Assembly (NCBI GenBank): GCA_037443945.1
Contig: JBBINH010000011.1
Location: 9,629-73,628, forward strand
Direction of reading: 5' to 3'
Length of the DNA: 64,000 nt
Source of the DNA: Caldilineales bacterium
GTDB lineage: Bacteria > Chloroflexota > Anaerolineae > J102
Shown here: in pieces, positions 30,809 through 40,648 of the stretch
How the letters are laid out: every line of letters begins with the position of its first letter
How positions within the stretch are numbered: the first letter of the stretch is position 1
Program-made: the position numbers and the translations under genes
The notes under the pieces: model-generated
The model's database searches: none
The model's input: only the letters and a program-made list of their open reading frames with translations
What the model was told of the DNA's origin: nothing

Positions 30809-31028
30809 AAACCATGATAATAGGTGACGCCTCATCCTGAAGTGGGCTCGCTTACCGAAGCCGATTGAAGAGAAGTGGTCGGATTATACTTTGTTCTCAG
30901 ATGCCCCACCAAACACCTAAGTCTCACCTTATGTAATTTGCCTTTCATTTGATGACGCCAACGGACGACTGCCAATCCGAACCCCACCGCCTTGAATATC
31001 GTCTGCGGATATGGCATACTCGAGGACG

Positions 31029-31319
31029 ATGCCTATCTACGAGTACGAATGCCCCGCTTGTGGTGAACGCTTTTCCCGCTACTGGCGTTCGTGGCGAGAG
31101 GCCGCCGCTGCCGACCCGCCATCTTGCCCGGTTTGTGGTGATGCCTCCTGTCGACGCCTCGTGTCGTCGGTAACCGTGCTGGGCGAACTGGGCGGACTGA
31201 CGCCGGCCGAACAAGAAGCCGAAAGACGCCAGCAGGAGCGCATGGCATCGATCCTCCCCAAAGAAACGATCGACAAGCTGCGGGCAGGCAAGAAAAAGGC
31301 TCAGGAAAGCGCTTCGTAG
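31029..31319 (+). CDS. FmdB-family zinc-ribbon protein
   Basis: MPIYEYECPACG...CPVCG; GAGG RBS. Confidence 0.88.
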   Translation: MPIYEYECPACGERFSRYWRSWREAAAADPPSCPVCGDASCRRLVSSVTVLGELGGLTPAEQEAERRQQERMASILPKETIDKLRAGKKKAQESAS

Positions 31320-31390
31320 GGAAGCCGTCCCGATGGCTGCGGGCTTGGCCTTCCCCGGCCGGCAACCGATCCGGGATGGGGTTTGCCCGC

Positions 31391-32185
31391 CTAGAGGGTG
31401 GTCAGGATTTCCGGACCCTTGGGGGTGATGGCGATGGTGTGCTCGAATTGAGCCGAAAGCGACCCATCTTTCGTGACGACGGTCCAGCCGTCCTTCAGCA
31501 ATTTCCATTCATGCGTGCCCAGGTTGATCATCGGCTCGATGGTAAACGTCATCCCCGGTCGTAGCCGCACCCCGCGCTTATCCATACGGGTATGGGAAAT
31601 AGAAGGTCCCTCGTGCAATTGGCGACCGATGCCGTGTCCTCCCCACTCGTGCACCACCGAGACCCCCTGGCTATCGGCATAATCGTGGATAGCGGCGGCA
31701 ATGTCGGCCAGGTAGTTGAAAGGCTGCGCGGCCGCGATCCCGCGATACAGGCACTCCTGGGTGATGGCAAGCAGTCGCTGGGCCTGCGGTGAAATCGTGC
31801 CGACGGGATAGGTGACACAGGCGTCGCCACAGTAGCCTTTGTAACGCAGGCCGATATCGACGGCAATGATATCGCCCTCTTGCAGGACCCGGCCGTTGGG
31901 AATGCCGTGGCAGATCGCTTCGTTGACCGACGTGCAAATGACGCCGGGAAAGGGGGGATGATTGGCATCGCGGCCGCGGTAGCCTTTATAGAGCGGTTGC
32001 GCGCCACGGCGGGCCAGGAATTCGGCGACAATCCGATCGAGCTCGGCCGTGGTAATGCCGGGTTGGATGTACTCCGCCAACATGGCGAAAACCTCGGCCA
32101 CCAGACGGCCGGCGCTGCGCATTTTGGCAATTTCATCGGGGGTTTTGAAGATGATGGGATCCGCACTGCGTTTGAACATAGCCAC
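31391..32185 (-). CDS. map: Methionine aminopeptidase type I
   Basis: ICHGIP, GHGIG, TIEPMIN and SAQFEHTI. Confidence 0.95.
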   Translation of the reverse strand: MAMFKRSADPIIFKTPDEIAKMRSAGRLVAEVFAMLAEYIQPGITTAELDRIVAEFLARRGAQPLYKGYRGRDANHPPFPGVICTSVNEAICHGIPNGRVLQEGDIIAVDIGLRYKGYCGDACVTYPVGTISPQAQRLLAITQECLYRGIAAAQPFNYLADIAAAIHDYADSQGVSVVHEWGGHGIGRQLHEGPSISHTRMDKRGVRLRPGMTFTIEPMINLGTHEWKLLKDGWTVVTKDGSLSAQFEHTIAITPKGPEILTTL

Positions 32186-32442
32186 AGACGAGAAACAGAG
32201 AATGCACTTGCATTATACCCAGAACACCGCCACAGCGAGAAGTGCATCGTGTCCGGCAAGACGGGCTTCTCGCTGCGGTTGTAACCGGTCCAGGGTCCGC
32301 ACAACGGAACGCCCGGGTGCCGCACGCAAGCCCTCCCGCCGGGTAAGACCGCGCCACACGTCGCGAACCCGCATTCGTCGGGCAAACAAAGGCTGTTTAT
32401 AATAAAAGCCGACCGACTTCCCCAACCCTTCGTGCAAGGATC

Positions 32443-33000
32443 ATGACCGTTCTGGACATCATCAAACTCGGCGATCCCAGGCTACGCAAAAAAAGCGTCC
32501 CCGTGCGTCGTTTCGATAGTCGGCTGAGCCACCTGGCCGCCGATATGGTCGAAACGATGCGTCAGGCCCAGGGTGTAGGTCTGGCCGCACCCCAGGTCGG
32601 CATCAACGAACGCCTCATCGTCGTTGAAATGCGCAAGGAAGACTTTGAAGACGACCCCCAGGCCGGCAAGCTCTACGTGGTCGTGAATCCCGAAATCGTA
32701 CGCGTACGCGGCGACAAAATTCTCGATGATGAAGGTTGCCTTTCCATTCCCGGCTATGTCGGCGAGGTCGAACGTCCCCAACACGTGACCATCAAAGGTT
32801 ACGATCTGGCCGGCCGCCCCCTGCAGATCAAGGCTTACGACTTTTTGGCACGCATTTTTCTGCATGAGATCGACCACCTCGATGGTATTCTTTTTATTGA
32901 CCGAATTACCGATATTAGCAAACTAAGACGCATAGTGCGAGATCCGCAAAGTAATGAAATCGTCGAAGAACCCGTAACAAACATACCAATCAAACTATAA
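32443..33000 (+). CDS. def: Peptide deformylase
   Basis: GVGLAAPQ, EGCLS and HEIDH. Confidence 0.96.
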   Translation: MTVLDIIKLGDPRLRKKSVPVRRFDSRLSHLAADMVETMRQAQGVGLAAPQVGINERLIVVEMRKEDFEDDPQAGKLYVVVNPEIVRVRGDKILDDEGCLSIPGYVGEVERPQHVTIKGYDLAGRPLQIKAYDFLARIFLHEIDHLDGILFIDRITDISKLRRIVRDPQSNEIVEEPVTNIPIKL

Positions 33001-33127
33001 ATCCCCAAAAGGGGAAAATATCGACCGCAAGAAGGACCCTTTACCGCCCATTTTTCGACCACCATCATCTGCGCTATACTGATGGTGGTTCTTTTTGTGT
33101 TGCCATCGGTCGGCTGTTTCTCCGCCC

Positions 33128-34825
33128 ATGTCCACGCCCATCCTGGTCGTCCACAACCTGAGCTATCGTTACCGCGCCCGCCAGGATTTCGCCCTGCGCA
33201 ATTGCTCCTTCAGCGCCTATCCGGGTGAAATCATCCTGATTGCCGGAGCCAGCGGCTGCGGCAAGACCACCCTCATGCGTTGCATCAACGGCCTCATTCC
33301 TCACTCCTACCGGGGCGGCGAGCTGAGCGGTAGCATCCTGATCAAAGGCGAACCGGTGGCCGGTCACAGCCTGAGCAGCCTGGCGCAAAAGGTCGGTACG
33401 GTGCTTCAGGACCCGGAAAAACAAATCGTCGGCGCCTATATCCTGAACGAAGTCGCTTTTGGCCTGGAAAACCTGGCTCTTCCCCGGGAGACGATTTTGC
33501 GGCGGGTCGATGAAACCCTGAACTTCCTCGGCATTGCCCACTTGCGCAACCGCGAAACCTTCGCCCTTTCCGGCGGGGAAAAGCAGAAAGTGGCGCTGGC
33601 CGGTGTTTTGGCCATGCAACCCGATCTCATTTTGCTGGACGAACCCCTGGCCAGCCTTGATCCGGCCAGCGCCCACGAAGCCCTGGACGCCATCCGCCGG
33701 CTGGCCGACAGCGGCAAAACCGTGCTGATCATCGAGCATCGTGTCGAGGATGTGCTGCGCCTTCGGCCTGACAAAGTCCTTTATCTCGAAGACGGTATGC
33801 AGCGGTACTGGGGGTCGGTGGACGGCTTCCTGGCGATGGCCGACCCGACACAAGTCAAACTGCCCGCCGAGTACGCGGCCCGTGCCATCCGTGCCCGTCT
33901 GGGCGCGGCGGTCCCTACCGAGAGACCGTCGACGATTCGTCGCAACGGCGACAGAGGGGGCGAACCCCTGGTCGTATTCGAACACGTTGATTTCTGGTAC
34001 GATCCGGAACGACCGGTCCTGCACGATGTCAGCACCGACATTCGCGCCGGCGATGTGATCGCCTTGCTGGGCCCCAACGGTTCCGGCAAGACCACCCTGG
34101 TCAAGCATGCCATCTGTCTGTTGCGTCCACGGCGCGGCCGCGTCCTCGTCGCCGACCGCGACACCCGCAAAACCACGGCCGCCCAGACCGCCCACACCGT
34201 GGGCTATGTCTTCCAAAGCCCCAGCCACATGCTCTTTGCGCCTACCGTGGCCGAGGAACTGGCCTTTGGTCCCCGCAACATCGGCTTTGACGAAGCCACG
34301 ATTGCCCGCAACGTCGCCGAAGCCGTTCGCATCACCCATCTGGAGGGTCTGGAACCGTTGCCACCGCTATCGCTCAGCTTTGGGCAACAGCGTCGTGTCG
34401 GCATTGCCGCCGTGGTGGCCATGCGCTCGCACATCCTGGTCATGGACGAGCCGACCTCCGGTCAGGATTATCGCCACTACACGGCCTTCATGGATGCCAT
34501 CATAACCATGCGGCATCAGGGCAACGGCGAAGCACCCTTCAAAGCCGTTCTGTTCATCACTCACGATCTCGACCTGGCCCTCAGCTACGCCAACCGCATC
34601 TGGCTTTTTGCCGAAGGGCGGCTGGTAGCCGATGGTCCTCCCGAGCAGGTGCTGGCTGACGACGCCTTGTTAGAGCGCTGTCGGCTAGTCCCGACTTCAC
34701 TGCTACGCCTTAACCGCGCTCTGTTGCCCCAAACCGGGCGTTTCCAACGGGCCGAAGCCCTGGCTCCTTATCTGCCGTCAACGTTCGCCGCCGATAGACC
34801 CCAAGGAGGTATGCCTATGACCTGA
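33128..34825 (+). CDS. ECF transporter fused dual ATPase
   Basis: Two Walker A motifs (GASGCGKT, GPNGSGKT); LSGGE and LSFGQ. Confidence 0.92.
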   Translation: MSTPILVVHNLSYRYRARQDFALRNCSFSAYPGEIILIAGASGCGKTTLMRCINGLIPHSYRGGELSGSILIKGEPVAGHSLSSLAQKVGTVLQDPEKQIVGAYILNEVAFGLENLALPRETILRRVDETLNFLGIAHLRNRETFALSGGEKQKVALAGVLAMQPDLILLDEPLASLDPASAHEALDAIRRLADSGKTVLIIEHRVEDVLRLRPDKVLYLEDGMQRYWGSVDGFLAMADPTQVKLPAEYAARAIRARLGAAVPTERPSTIRRNGDRGGEPLVVFEHVDFWYDPERPVLHDVSTDIRAGDVIALLGPNGSGKTTLVKHAICLLRPRRGRVLVADRDTRKTTAAQTAHTVGYVFQSPSHMLFAPTVAEELAFGPRNIGFDEATIARNVAEAVRITHLEGLEPLPPLSLSFGQQRRVGIAAVVAMRSHILVMDEPTSGQDYRHYTAFMDAIITMRHQGNGEAPFKAVLFITHDLDLALSYANRIWLFAEGRLVADGPPEQVLADDALLERCRLVPTSLLRLNRALLPQTGRFQRAEALAPYLPSTFAADRPQGGMPMT

Positions 34826-34900
34826 ACCGTTCCTTTCCCGTTCCCGAGATGATTCCGGCCCTTTGCATTCGTTCTCGTTTGGCTTATAACGGAGGTTCTC

Positions 34901-35806
34901 ATGCGCACCGAAACAGCTCCTTCCGGCAATCCTCTTACTCGGGTACTGGGCGCCCTGATCGTGGCGACCGTCGTGCTGTTCCTGGCCAATCTCTTGACAA
35001 CTGGCGACAAGGCCAGCGCCACCGGTTGGGTGCTTTATGTGGTCGGCGCCGTCGTGACCATGGCCATCTACTTCTTCTTCGCCAGTAAACCCATCTGGCA
35101 GGTAACCACGCGCGAGGTAGTCTACATGGCCATCGGTGCGGCGCTCTACGGCGTCCTCTCCTGGGCGACCAACGTCATCCAGCTACCCTCGGTCAGCCTG
35201 GTTGCCCTGCGGCCGGCCGTCGTCATCCCTGTGTTTTTCGGCTTCGTCTTCGGCCCGGTGGTCGGTTTCTTCAGCGGTGCCGTAGGCAACATCCTGGGAG
35301 ATGCCCTGACCGGTTGGGGCGTGTATCCGGTCTGGGACCTGGGCAACGGCCTGATGGGTCTGATCCCCGGTTTGGCGCTGGCGTTTACCGACCGTGAACG
35401 GGCTGCACGGATCGTACTTTACCTGGTCGGCGCCATCCTGGCCCTCTTTACCGTGTTGGCCCTTGCCTTTCCGGGGGTTGAACACCCCTGGATGGGTCAG
35501 ACCATGGGGCAATGGTGGCCCTTCCTGCTGGTGCTGCTCGTCCTGGTGGTGGTCGGCTATTTTGTGCTGCGCAATGTAGGCCGTCGTCCGAGCCTGAGCG
35601 CCGGTGTGGTCTGGGGCGCTCTGGGTGTCATCGTCGGCATGGCCTTTGCCAGCATCGCCGACATCTGGGTCAACGGCTATAGCGTGGCCACGGCGCTGCT
35701 GGGCGAATTTGTGCCTGCGGCTGGGGGCAATCTCTTTATGATCGTCATCCTGATGCCCATCGTCCTGGCGGCCTGGGAGTCGGCGCGTGCCCGTACCGGC
35801 CGCTAA
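34901..35806 (+). CDS. ECF transporter S component (enlarged)
   Basis: TREVVYMAIGAALYGVL and FGPVVGFFSGAVGN S-component signature. Confidence 0.85.
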   Translation: MRTETAPSGNPLTRVLGALIVATVVLFLANLLTTGDKASATGWVLYVVGAVVTMAIYFFFASKPIWQVTTREVVYMAIGAALYGVLSWATNVIQLPSVSLVALRPAVVIPVFFGFVFGPVVGFFSGAVGNILGDALTGWGVYPVWDLGNGLMGLIPGLALAFTDRERAARIVLYLVGAILALFTVLALAFPGVEHPWMGQTMGQWWPFLLVLLVLVVVGYFVLRNVGRRPSLSAGVVWGALGVIVGMAFASIADIWVNGYSVATALLGEFVPAAGGNLFMIVILMPIVLAAWESARARTGR

Positions 35807-35820
35807 ACGAACGCTTTCCT

Positions 35821-35857
35821 GAGGGCAGGCATTTCCGGAGGCGAAATGCCTGCCCTC
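35821..35857. other. Intergenic perfect hairpin
   Basis: 15-bp stem GAGGGCAGGCATTTC/GAAATGCCTGCCCTC; no U-tract. Confidence 0.75.
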
Positions 35858-35871
35858 CTCTGATCGCGACC

Positions 35872-36744
35872 ATGCTCGTCAACTGGAACTACAAAGAGCG
35901 CAACACCCTTGTCCAGCGCCTGGACCCGCGTGCGCGCGTCATTTTTATCCTTTGCGCCATCCTCGCCATCATCCTCACCTGGGACCTGCGCCTGCTGGTG
36001 CTTTGGCTGGCTTTCAGCCTATTGGTCCTGCGCCTGGCCAGGCTGACATGGGCGGAAATGCGGCGTTTCTGGCTGATCGTGTTGCCGATCGTCCTCTTTC
36101 TCGTCACGCTGACAGCCCTGACCGGCCGCGGTGGCGAGGAGGTGTACCAGGAGCGACACCTGATCTGGCAGGGATCGTGGGAGCTATTCGGGCGTCGCTT
36201 TGCCCCCGGTCTGAGCCTGGAACAGCTTATCTTTGCCATCAGCCAGTTCACCCGCATGATGAGCATGGCGGCGTTGTCGTTGCTGATTCCTTTTACCATT
36301 CATCCCGCCCAATACGGGATCACCTTCAAAGGGCTGGGGCTTTCCGATAAGTTTGCCGTCGCCACCGATTTAGCCTTTCGTTTCGTACCCACGTTGGGTC
36401 GCGACTTTGCCACCGTCCTCGACGCCCAACGAGCCCGCGGCTATGAAGTGGAGCGCCTGGGCGGGGGCCTGGTGCAGCAGGTGCGCCATCTGGCCCCGCT
36501 CATCATCCCTATCACCATCGGCGCCATCCTCGGCGCCGAGGACATCATCGACGCCATGGACCTGCGCGCCTTCGGGACGCACCCCAAACGCACCTGGGTG
36601 ACGCAACTGGTCTATCGGCGCCGAGACTACGCGCTGATCGCCGCCGGCGTAGTCGTGGTGATGGCCACCATCGTCCTGCGCAGCCTGGGGATTATCCGCT
36701 TTTGGGTGCCTTGGGAGTGGCTCACTTTAGGCGGTGGACTCTGA
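35872..36744 (+). CDS. ECF transporter T component
   Basis: LDPR, RFVPT, AQRARG and AMDLRAF. Confidence 0.92.
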   Translation: MLVNWNYKERNTLVQRLDPRARVIFILCAILAIILTWDLRLLVLWLAFSLLVLRLARLTWAEMRRFWLIVLPIVLFLVTLTALTGRGGEEVYQERHLIWQGSWELFGRRFAPGLSLEQLIFAISQFTRMMSMAALSLLIPFTIHPAQYGITFKGLGLSDKFAVATDLAFRFVPTLGRDFATVLDAQRARGYEVERLGGGLVQQVRHLAPLIIPITIGAILGAEDIIDAMDLRAFGTHPKRTWVTQLVYRRRDYALIAAGVVVVMATIVLRSLGIIRFWVPWEWLTLGGGL

Positions 36745-37611
36745 ACCGGCCGGTTGCAGCTCCGGTTTTTCTTCCTTTACCTGCATAAAGCCGAACACGG
36801 TCTGACCCAGGAGAATGCGATCGCCGTTTTCCAGCCGACGGCGCTGTTCCTTTTGCCCGTTGACCACAACGCCGTTAGCGCTGGCCAGGTCGTAGATAAC
36901 AAAGCCCTCTTTCTCCAGCCGCACCCGGGCATGCTGGCGGGACATGGTGGGATCTTCAACCGAAATGGTGTTGTAACGGCTGTCGCGGCCGATGTCGTTC
37001 AACTCCTGCAGACGAAACACCTTGCCTGCGCGCGGTCCGTTCATGACCACCAGCCACGCCAGCGGCAACGGTCGTTCCGGGGTCGGACTCAGTAGTCGCG
37101 TGCGATCGTCGAGGGGCTGCGAGAGATCGACAACCTGGGTATGGGGTTGGCTGATAGGCGGCGGTGTGACGGCCGCCGGAAGCGATGGCGGTGCCGGAGC
37201 CGAGGCCACCGTGGTGAACAACGGCTCTTGTTCTGGGGCCAGCAGGTCGGCGGAGGCGGCGAAAACGCCGATACCCGACGTGTACAGAAGCAGACATAAG
37301 GCCGCGACGATCACGGCGAAGAAGCCGAAAAGCGCTAGCACCACCGGTAACCGACCCAGGGACAAGGCCAGATCGGGGGCCAGACTAAACACAGCACCCG
37401 GCACGACCACAAGTGCGGCCAGCAACGAGAGCGCCCGCCAGACCGTGGCCGTTACCTGGCGACGCTGACTATCGAAGAAAATCCACAGGGTCGTCACCAC
37501 GGTTACGGCCAGGCCGGCGGCCACACCCCACCGATACCAGGCCAGCACAAGGGTGTACACATCGAGCCACGGCGGCAAACTCGGAAAAGGCATGGCAAGG
37601 CCCCAAGTCAC
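36727..37611 (-). CDS. Membrane-anchored FHA-domain protein
   Basis: 3 TMs, Pro-rich linker, IGR/SRQH/SANG; GTG at 37611 overlaps the upstream stop (alternative ATG at 37593). Confidence 0.88.
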   Translation of the reverse strand: MTWGLAMPFPSLPPWLDVYTLVLAWYRWGVAAGLAVTVVTTLWIFFDSQRRQVTATVWRALSLLAALVVVPGAVFSLAPDLALSLGRLPVVLALFGFFAVIVAALCLLLYTSGIGVFAASADLLAPEQEPLFTTVASAPAPPSLPAAVTPPPISQPHTQVVDLSQPLDDRTRLLSPTPERPLPLAWLVVMNGPRAGKVFRLQELNDIGRDSRYNTISVEDPTMSRQHARVRLEKEGFVIYDLASANGVVVNGQKEQRRRLENGDRILLGQTVFGFMQVKEEKPELQPAGSESTA

Positions 37612-37991
37612 AACTGCTTGAAGACCAGGGTCGTATTCCCGACGGTGATACGATCCTCATCCTGAAGTGGCTCGCGCACGATGCGCTTGCCGTTGACAAA
37701 CGTGCCGTTGGCACTGGCCAGATCCTGGATGAAGAACACCACGCGATCCCCCACGCGTTCGCCCACAAAGCGGGCATGAAAGCGCGAGACGGCATCATCA
37801 TCGAGCTCGATATCGTTGGGCGGGACCCGGCCCAGGCTGGTGCCTTCCAGGCGCAGAGGATACAGGCGCCCGCGACGAGGCCCATGCAGAATGACCACCC
37901 AGGCAAAGGTGGGTTCATCCTGGCCGATAACCAGCGTGGGGGCGGATTCGGGTGACAGTTCCGGATCCGATGCAGGGACGGGAAGCTCCAT
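37608..37991 (-). CDS. Soluble FHA-domain protein
   Basis: LGR, SRFH and SANGT. Confidence 0.9.
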   Translation of the reverse strand: MELPVPASDPELSPESAPTLVIGQDEPTFAWVVILHGPRRGRLYPLRLEGTSLGRVPPNDIELDDDAVSRFHARFVGERVGDRVVFFIQDLASANGTFVNGKRIVREPLQDEDRITVGNTTLVFKQL

Positions 37992-38953
37992 CAGGCCGGA
38001 CGATAGGTAAAGAGAAGCCAGGTGTTACCCAAGCGCAGTTCGTCGCCCTCGACGAGGGACTGACGGTCAAGGCGATGCTCGCCGAGAAAGGTGCCGTTGG
38101 TGCTGCCCAGATCGAAGATGACGAAGCGCTCGTTTTCATGGCGCACCTGCGCGTGCAGGGCGCTAACGGTGGGGTCGTGAAGGACGATGTCGGCACGGGC
38201 GGGGTCACGGCCGATGGTCAACGGCACATCGGCATAGAGCCCGAAGCGCTGTCCGGCCTGGGCGCCGTTGCGCACCACCAGCCAGGCCATCGGCGCACCT
38301 CCCGTCGTGTTCGTGTCGACGGCCGGTGGCCGTAATCGCTGTGTGGGAGCCATGGCCACCATGGTAGGGGCATCGTTGTCGACCGCCGCTGTCGGCGCGC
38401 GCGGAGGCGGCGGCACCGGTCGGGCCGGCAATCCCACCCGAGGCGGGGCAACCGGTTCGGCCGTCGGATACGAAAACGGCGGCGGAGACGTGGGTGCCGT
38501 CGATGATGCCGGCGCAGTCGTCTCCATGGCGGCGGGCGTGACAACCAGATGCACCTGGGCCAGATAAACGAACCCACCCGCCAGCAAAAGCAGGCTGACA
38601 AAACCCAGGCCCAGAGCCAGACGGTGACCGGCCATAAACACCCAGACAAAAGCCATCCCGGCCACCGTTGTCAGCATGAGCATGAAGATGACCACCATGG
38701 CCGCCAGCCGCGCCCATTCGCGACCGCCCCACAGCCCCCGAAACAACCACCCGGCCAGTCCGGCAGTCAGCAGGGGCGGTGCCGCCAGCAAACTGCTAAA
38801 CGCAGACGACCAACCCAGACGCCGGAACAGAAAGTCGTAGGTTTGATCGACCTCCGGGCTGAGCAACAAAAAAGCCGCCACCATCAGGGCGAGCGCAGCC
38901 TCGACGAGAAACGCCAGGGCCAGAAAGCGGATACCAACAGCACGCGCGGACAT
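37991..38953 (-). CDS. Membrane-anchored FHA-domain protein
   Basis: 4 TMs, Pro-rich linker, IGR/SALH/STNGT. Confidence 0.88.
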   Translation of the reverse strand: MSARAVGIRFLALAFLVEAALALMVAAFLLLSPEVDQTYDFLFRRLGWSSAFSSLLAAPPLLTAGLAGWLFRGLWGGREWARLAAMVVIFMLMLTTVAGMAFVWVFMAGHRLALGLGFVSLLLLAGGFVYLAQVHLVVTPAAMETTAPASSTAPTSPPPFSYPTAEPVAPPRVGLPARPVPPPPRAPTAAVDNDAPTMVAMAPTQRLRPPAVDTNTTGGAPMAWLVVRNGAQAGQRFGLYADVPLTIGRDPARADIVLHDPTVSALHAQVRHENERFVIFDLGSTNGTFLGEHRLDRQSLVEGDELRLGNTWLLFTYRPA

Positions 38954-38990
38954 GGCCAAAATTATCGCGTGTCTGGGAGGAGACTGTCAA
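38954..38990 (-). promoter_or_regulatory. Sigma70 promoter with leaderless geometry for the FHA operon
   Basis: TTGACA-18 bp-GATAAT-7 nt-ATG(38953). Confidence 0.6.
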
Positions 38991-39157
38991 AGCGCCCTGA
39001 CGACGAGGCCACCTCCCGCCCACGAGGCAGCACATTGGGCCTCCGGCGAGCCTTGGCGTGGCGTTTCGTCACCTCCGGCGGTTCGCCATGCCGAGTTCAT
39101 CCTCAAAATGGCGCCACATTCCGCCTTCCGAGCGGTCGCGATGCTATAATCGGCAGC

Positions 39158-40648
39158 ATGGCCGCGCGCCTGAACATGCTCAAACCGCTTGTCTGGACAC
39201 TGCTGCTGACCTTGCCGATCTGGGCGCCGCTGACCCGTCCGGGGCTACCGGCTACCCCGGCTGCCGTGGCCCATGTGCTCCAGCTTTATGCCCTGGAGCG
39301 AGGCGAACCCTCTTTTACCGGAAGACCACCGGCGCGTGGGTGGGGTGATGGACCCCTGGCCTATGGCATTGTGCAGCCGGCCCGCCGCCTGGGCCTGGAT
39401 GCCGAGACGGCCATCAAGTTGAGCACGGGGCTGGCGCTGGCGGTGTTGGGCCTGGCCTTAACGGCGACGGCCGGCAACGGCCGGAACGGGGCCGACATCG
39501 GTACTCTGGCCGTCCTTTTGCTGGGTTACAGCCCGGTCTTTCTGGCGACGCTCTATCAGGTGGGCGATCTGGCGGCGCTGTGGGTGCTGGCGGCTCAGGC
39601 CGTGAGCCTGTGGGGCCTGTTGCGCGCCGATCGCCTTGGGATGGCGGCAACGGCCCTGGCCGGTTTCGGCGCCGTGACGGCCCTGCCGGGCATGGGCCTG
39701 GTGGCGCTGCTGGCGTTGGTCGCCGCCTTGCCGGGGCATGGGCGTTGGGCCCTTTTGGCCGGGGGCCTGGCCGGGCTGGTGGTGGTAGCGCCCTGGGAAC
39801 GGCCGCCGCAGCCCATCACCGCAGTCTCCGCTCCCCTCTTTCGTCAACTGTTCGAACCGGGCTGGCCGGTCGAGGTGCAGTCCCTGGCGCGAACGGTCAG
39901 CCCGGCCTGGTCGTTGGGCTTGCCGCTGGTCGGCCTCGCGCTGGCCGCGCTGTGGCTCCGCGGAGCCGATCGCTCCCCGGCCTTCCGAAGGACCGGAGCG
40001 CTGCATCCGGCCGTGGTCGGTGGTCTATGCGTGCTCGTCGCCGTCCTGGCCGGATGGCCGGGGCTGAGCTTTCTGGCCGTGCCGGCCCAACCCCGGCACT
40101 GGCTGTTGTCCGGTTTGCTGCTCCTGGCCCTGACGGTGGCCGTGGAAGTCATGCCTCGGATCAAACGTCCTGCCCTGCAGGCAGCCCTGTTCACCCTGCC
40201 CTTACTCGGCGCCGGCCCCGGTCTGGCGCCGGCTTTTGCCGTCGCCAATGTACCACCGACCCCGGTGGCCTTCTTCGGCGACGATGCCATCGTCCTGTTG
40301 CGCAGCGAGATCGAGGGTCGGCCGGTAGCAGGGGGGCGCCTGGTCATCACGGCCGATTGGCTGGCGCTGGTCAGGCCGACGTTTGATTACAGCCTCTTCA
40401 TCCATGTCCTCGATGCCGAAGGGAACCGGGTGGCTCAACTCGACACCCAGCCCCAGGCCGGCGCCCGGCCGATGACAACCTGGCCGATAGGCGAACTCAT
40501 CTCCGACCGCTATGAACTGAGCGTGCCGGCCGGAGCAAAGGAACCGCTGCGGCTGGTGTTGGGTCTGTACAACTGGCAAACGCTGGCACGACTCCCGGTC
40601 CGGTCGCGGCTGGGTGCAGCCGCCGATGCCATCATCCTCGAACCATGA
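39158..40648 (+). CDS. Divergent GT-C/YfhO-like multi-pass membrane protein with a C-terminal extracytoplasmic domain
   Basis: TGC-TATAAT-7 nt-ATG; many TMs; DYSLFIHVLD...AQLD.QP...TTW C-terminal module. Confidence 0.65.
   Translation: MAARLNMLKPLVWTLLLTLPIWAPLTRPGLPATPAAVAHVLQLYALERGEPSFTGRPPARGWGDGPLAYGIVQPARRLGLDAETAIKLSTGLALAVLGLALTATAGNGRNGADIGTLAVLLLGYSPVFLATLYQVGDLAALWVLAAQAVSLWGLLRADRLGMAATALAGFGAVTALPGMGLVALLALVAALPGHGRWALLAGGLAGLVVVAPWERPPQPITAVSAPLFRQLFEPGWPVEVQSLARTVSPAWSLGLPLVGLALAALWLRGADRSPAFRRTGALHPAVVGGLCVLVAVLAGWPGLSFLAVPAQPRHWLLSGLLLLALTVAVEVMPRIKRPALQAALFTLPLLGAGPGLAPAFAVANVPPTPVAFFGDDAIVLLRSEIEGRPVAGGRLVITADWLALVRPTFDYSLFIHVLDAEGNRVAQLDTQPQAGARPMTTWPIGELISDRYELSVPAGAKEPLRLVLGLYNWQTLARLPVRSRLGAAADAIILEP

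Noticed and set aside
32227-32280. Hairpin CAGCGAGAAG...CTTCTCGCTG between map and def
   Set aside because: A single hairpin with no recognisable RNA family or second copy in the window
38549-39157. N-terminal extension of the 699-aa ORF (likewise 42123-42446, 17870-18250 and 55743-55958)
   Set aside because: Each overlaps a neighbouring gene; better-placed downstream starts exist
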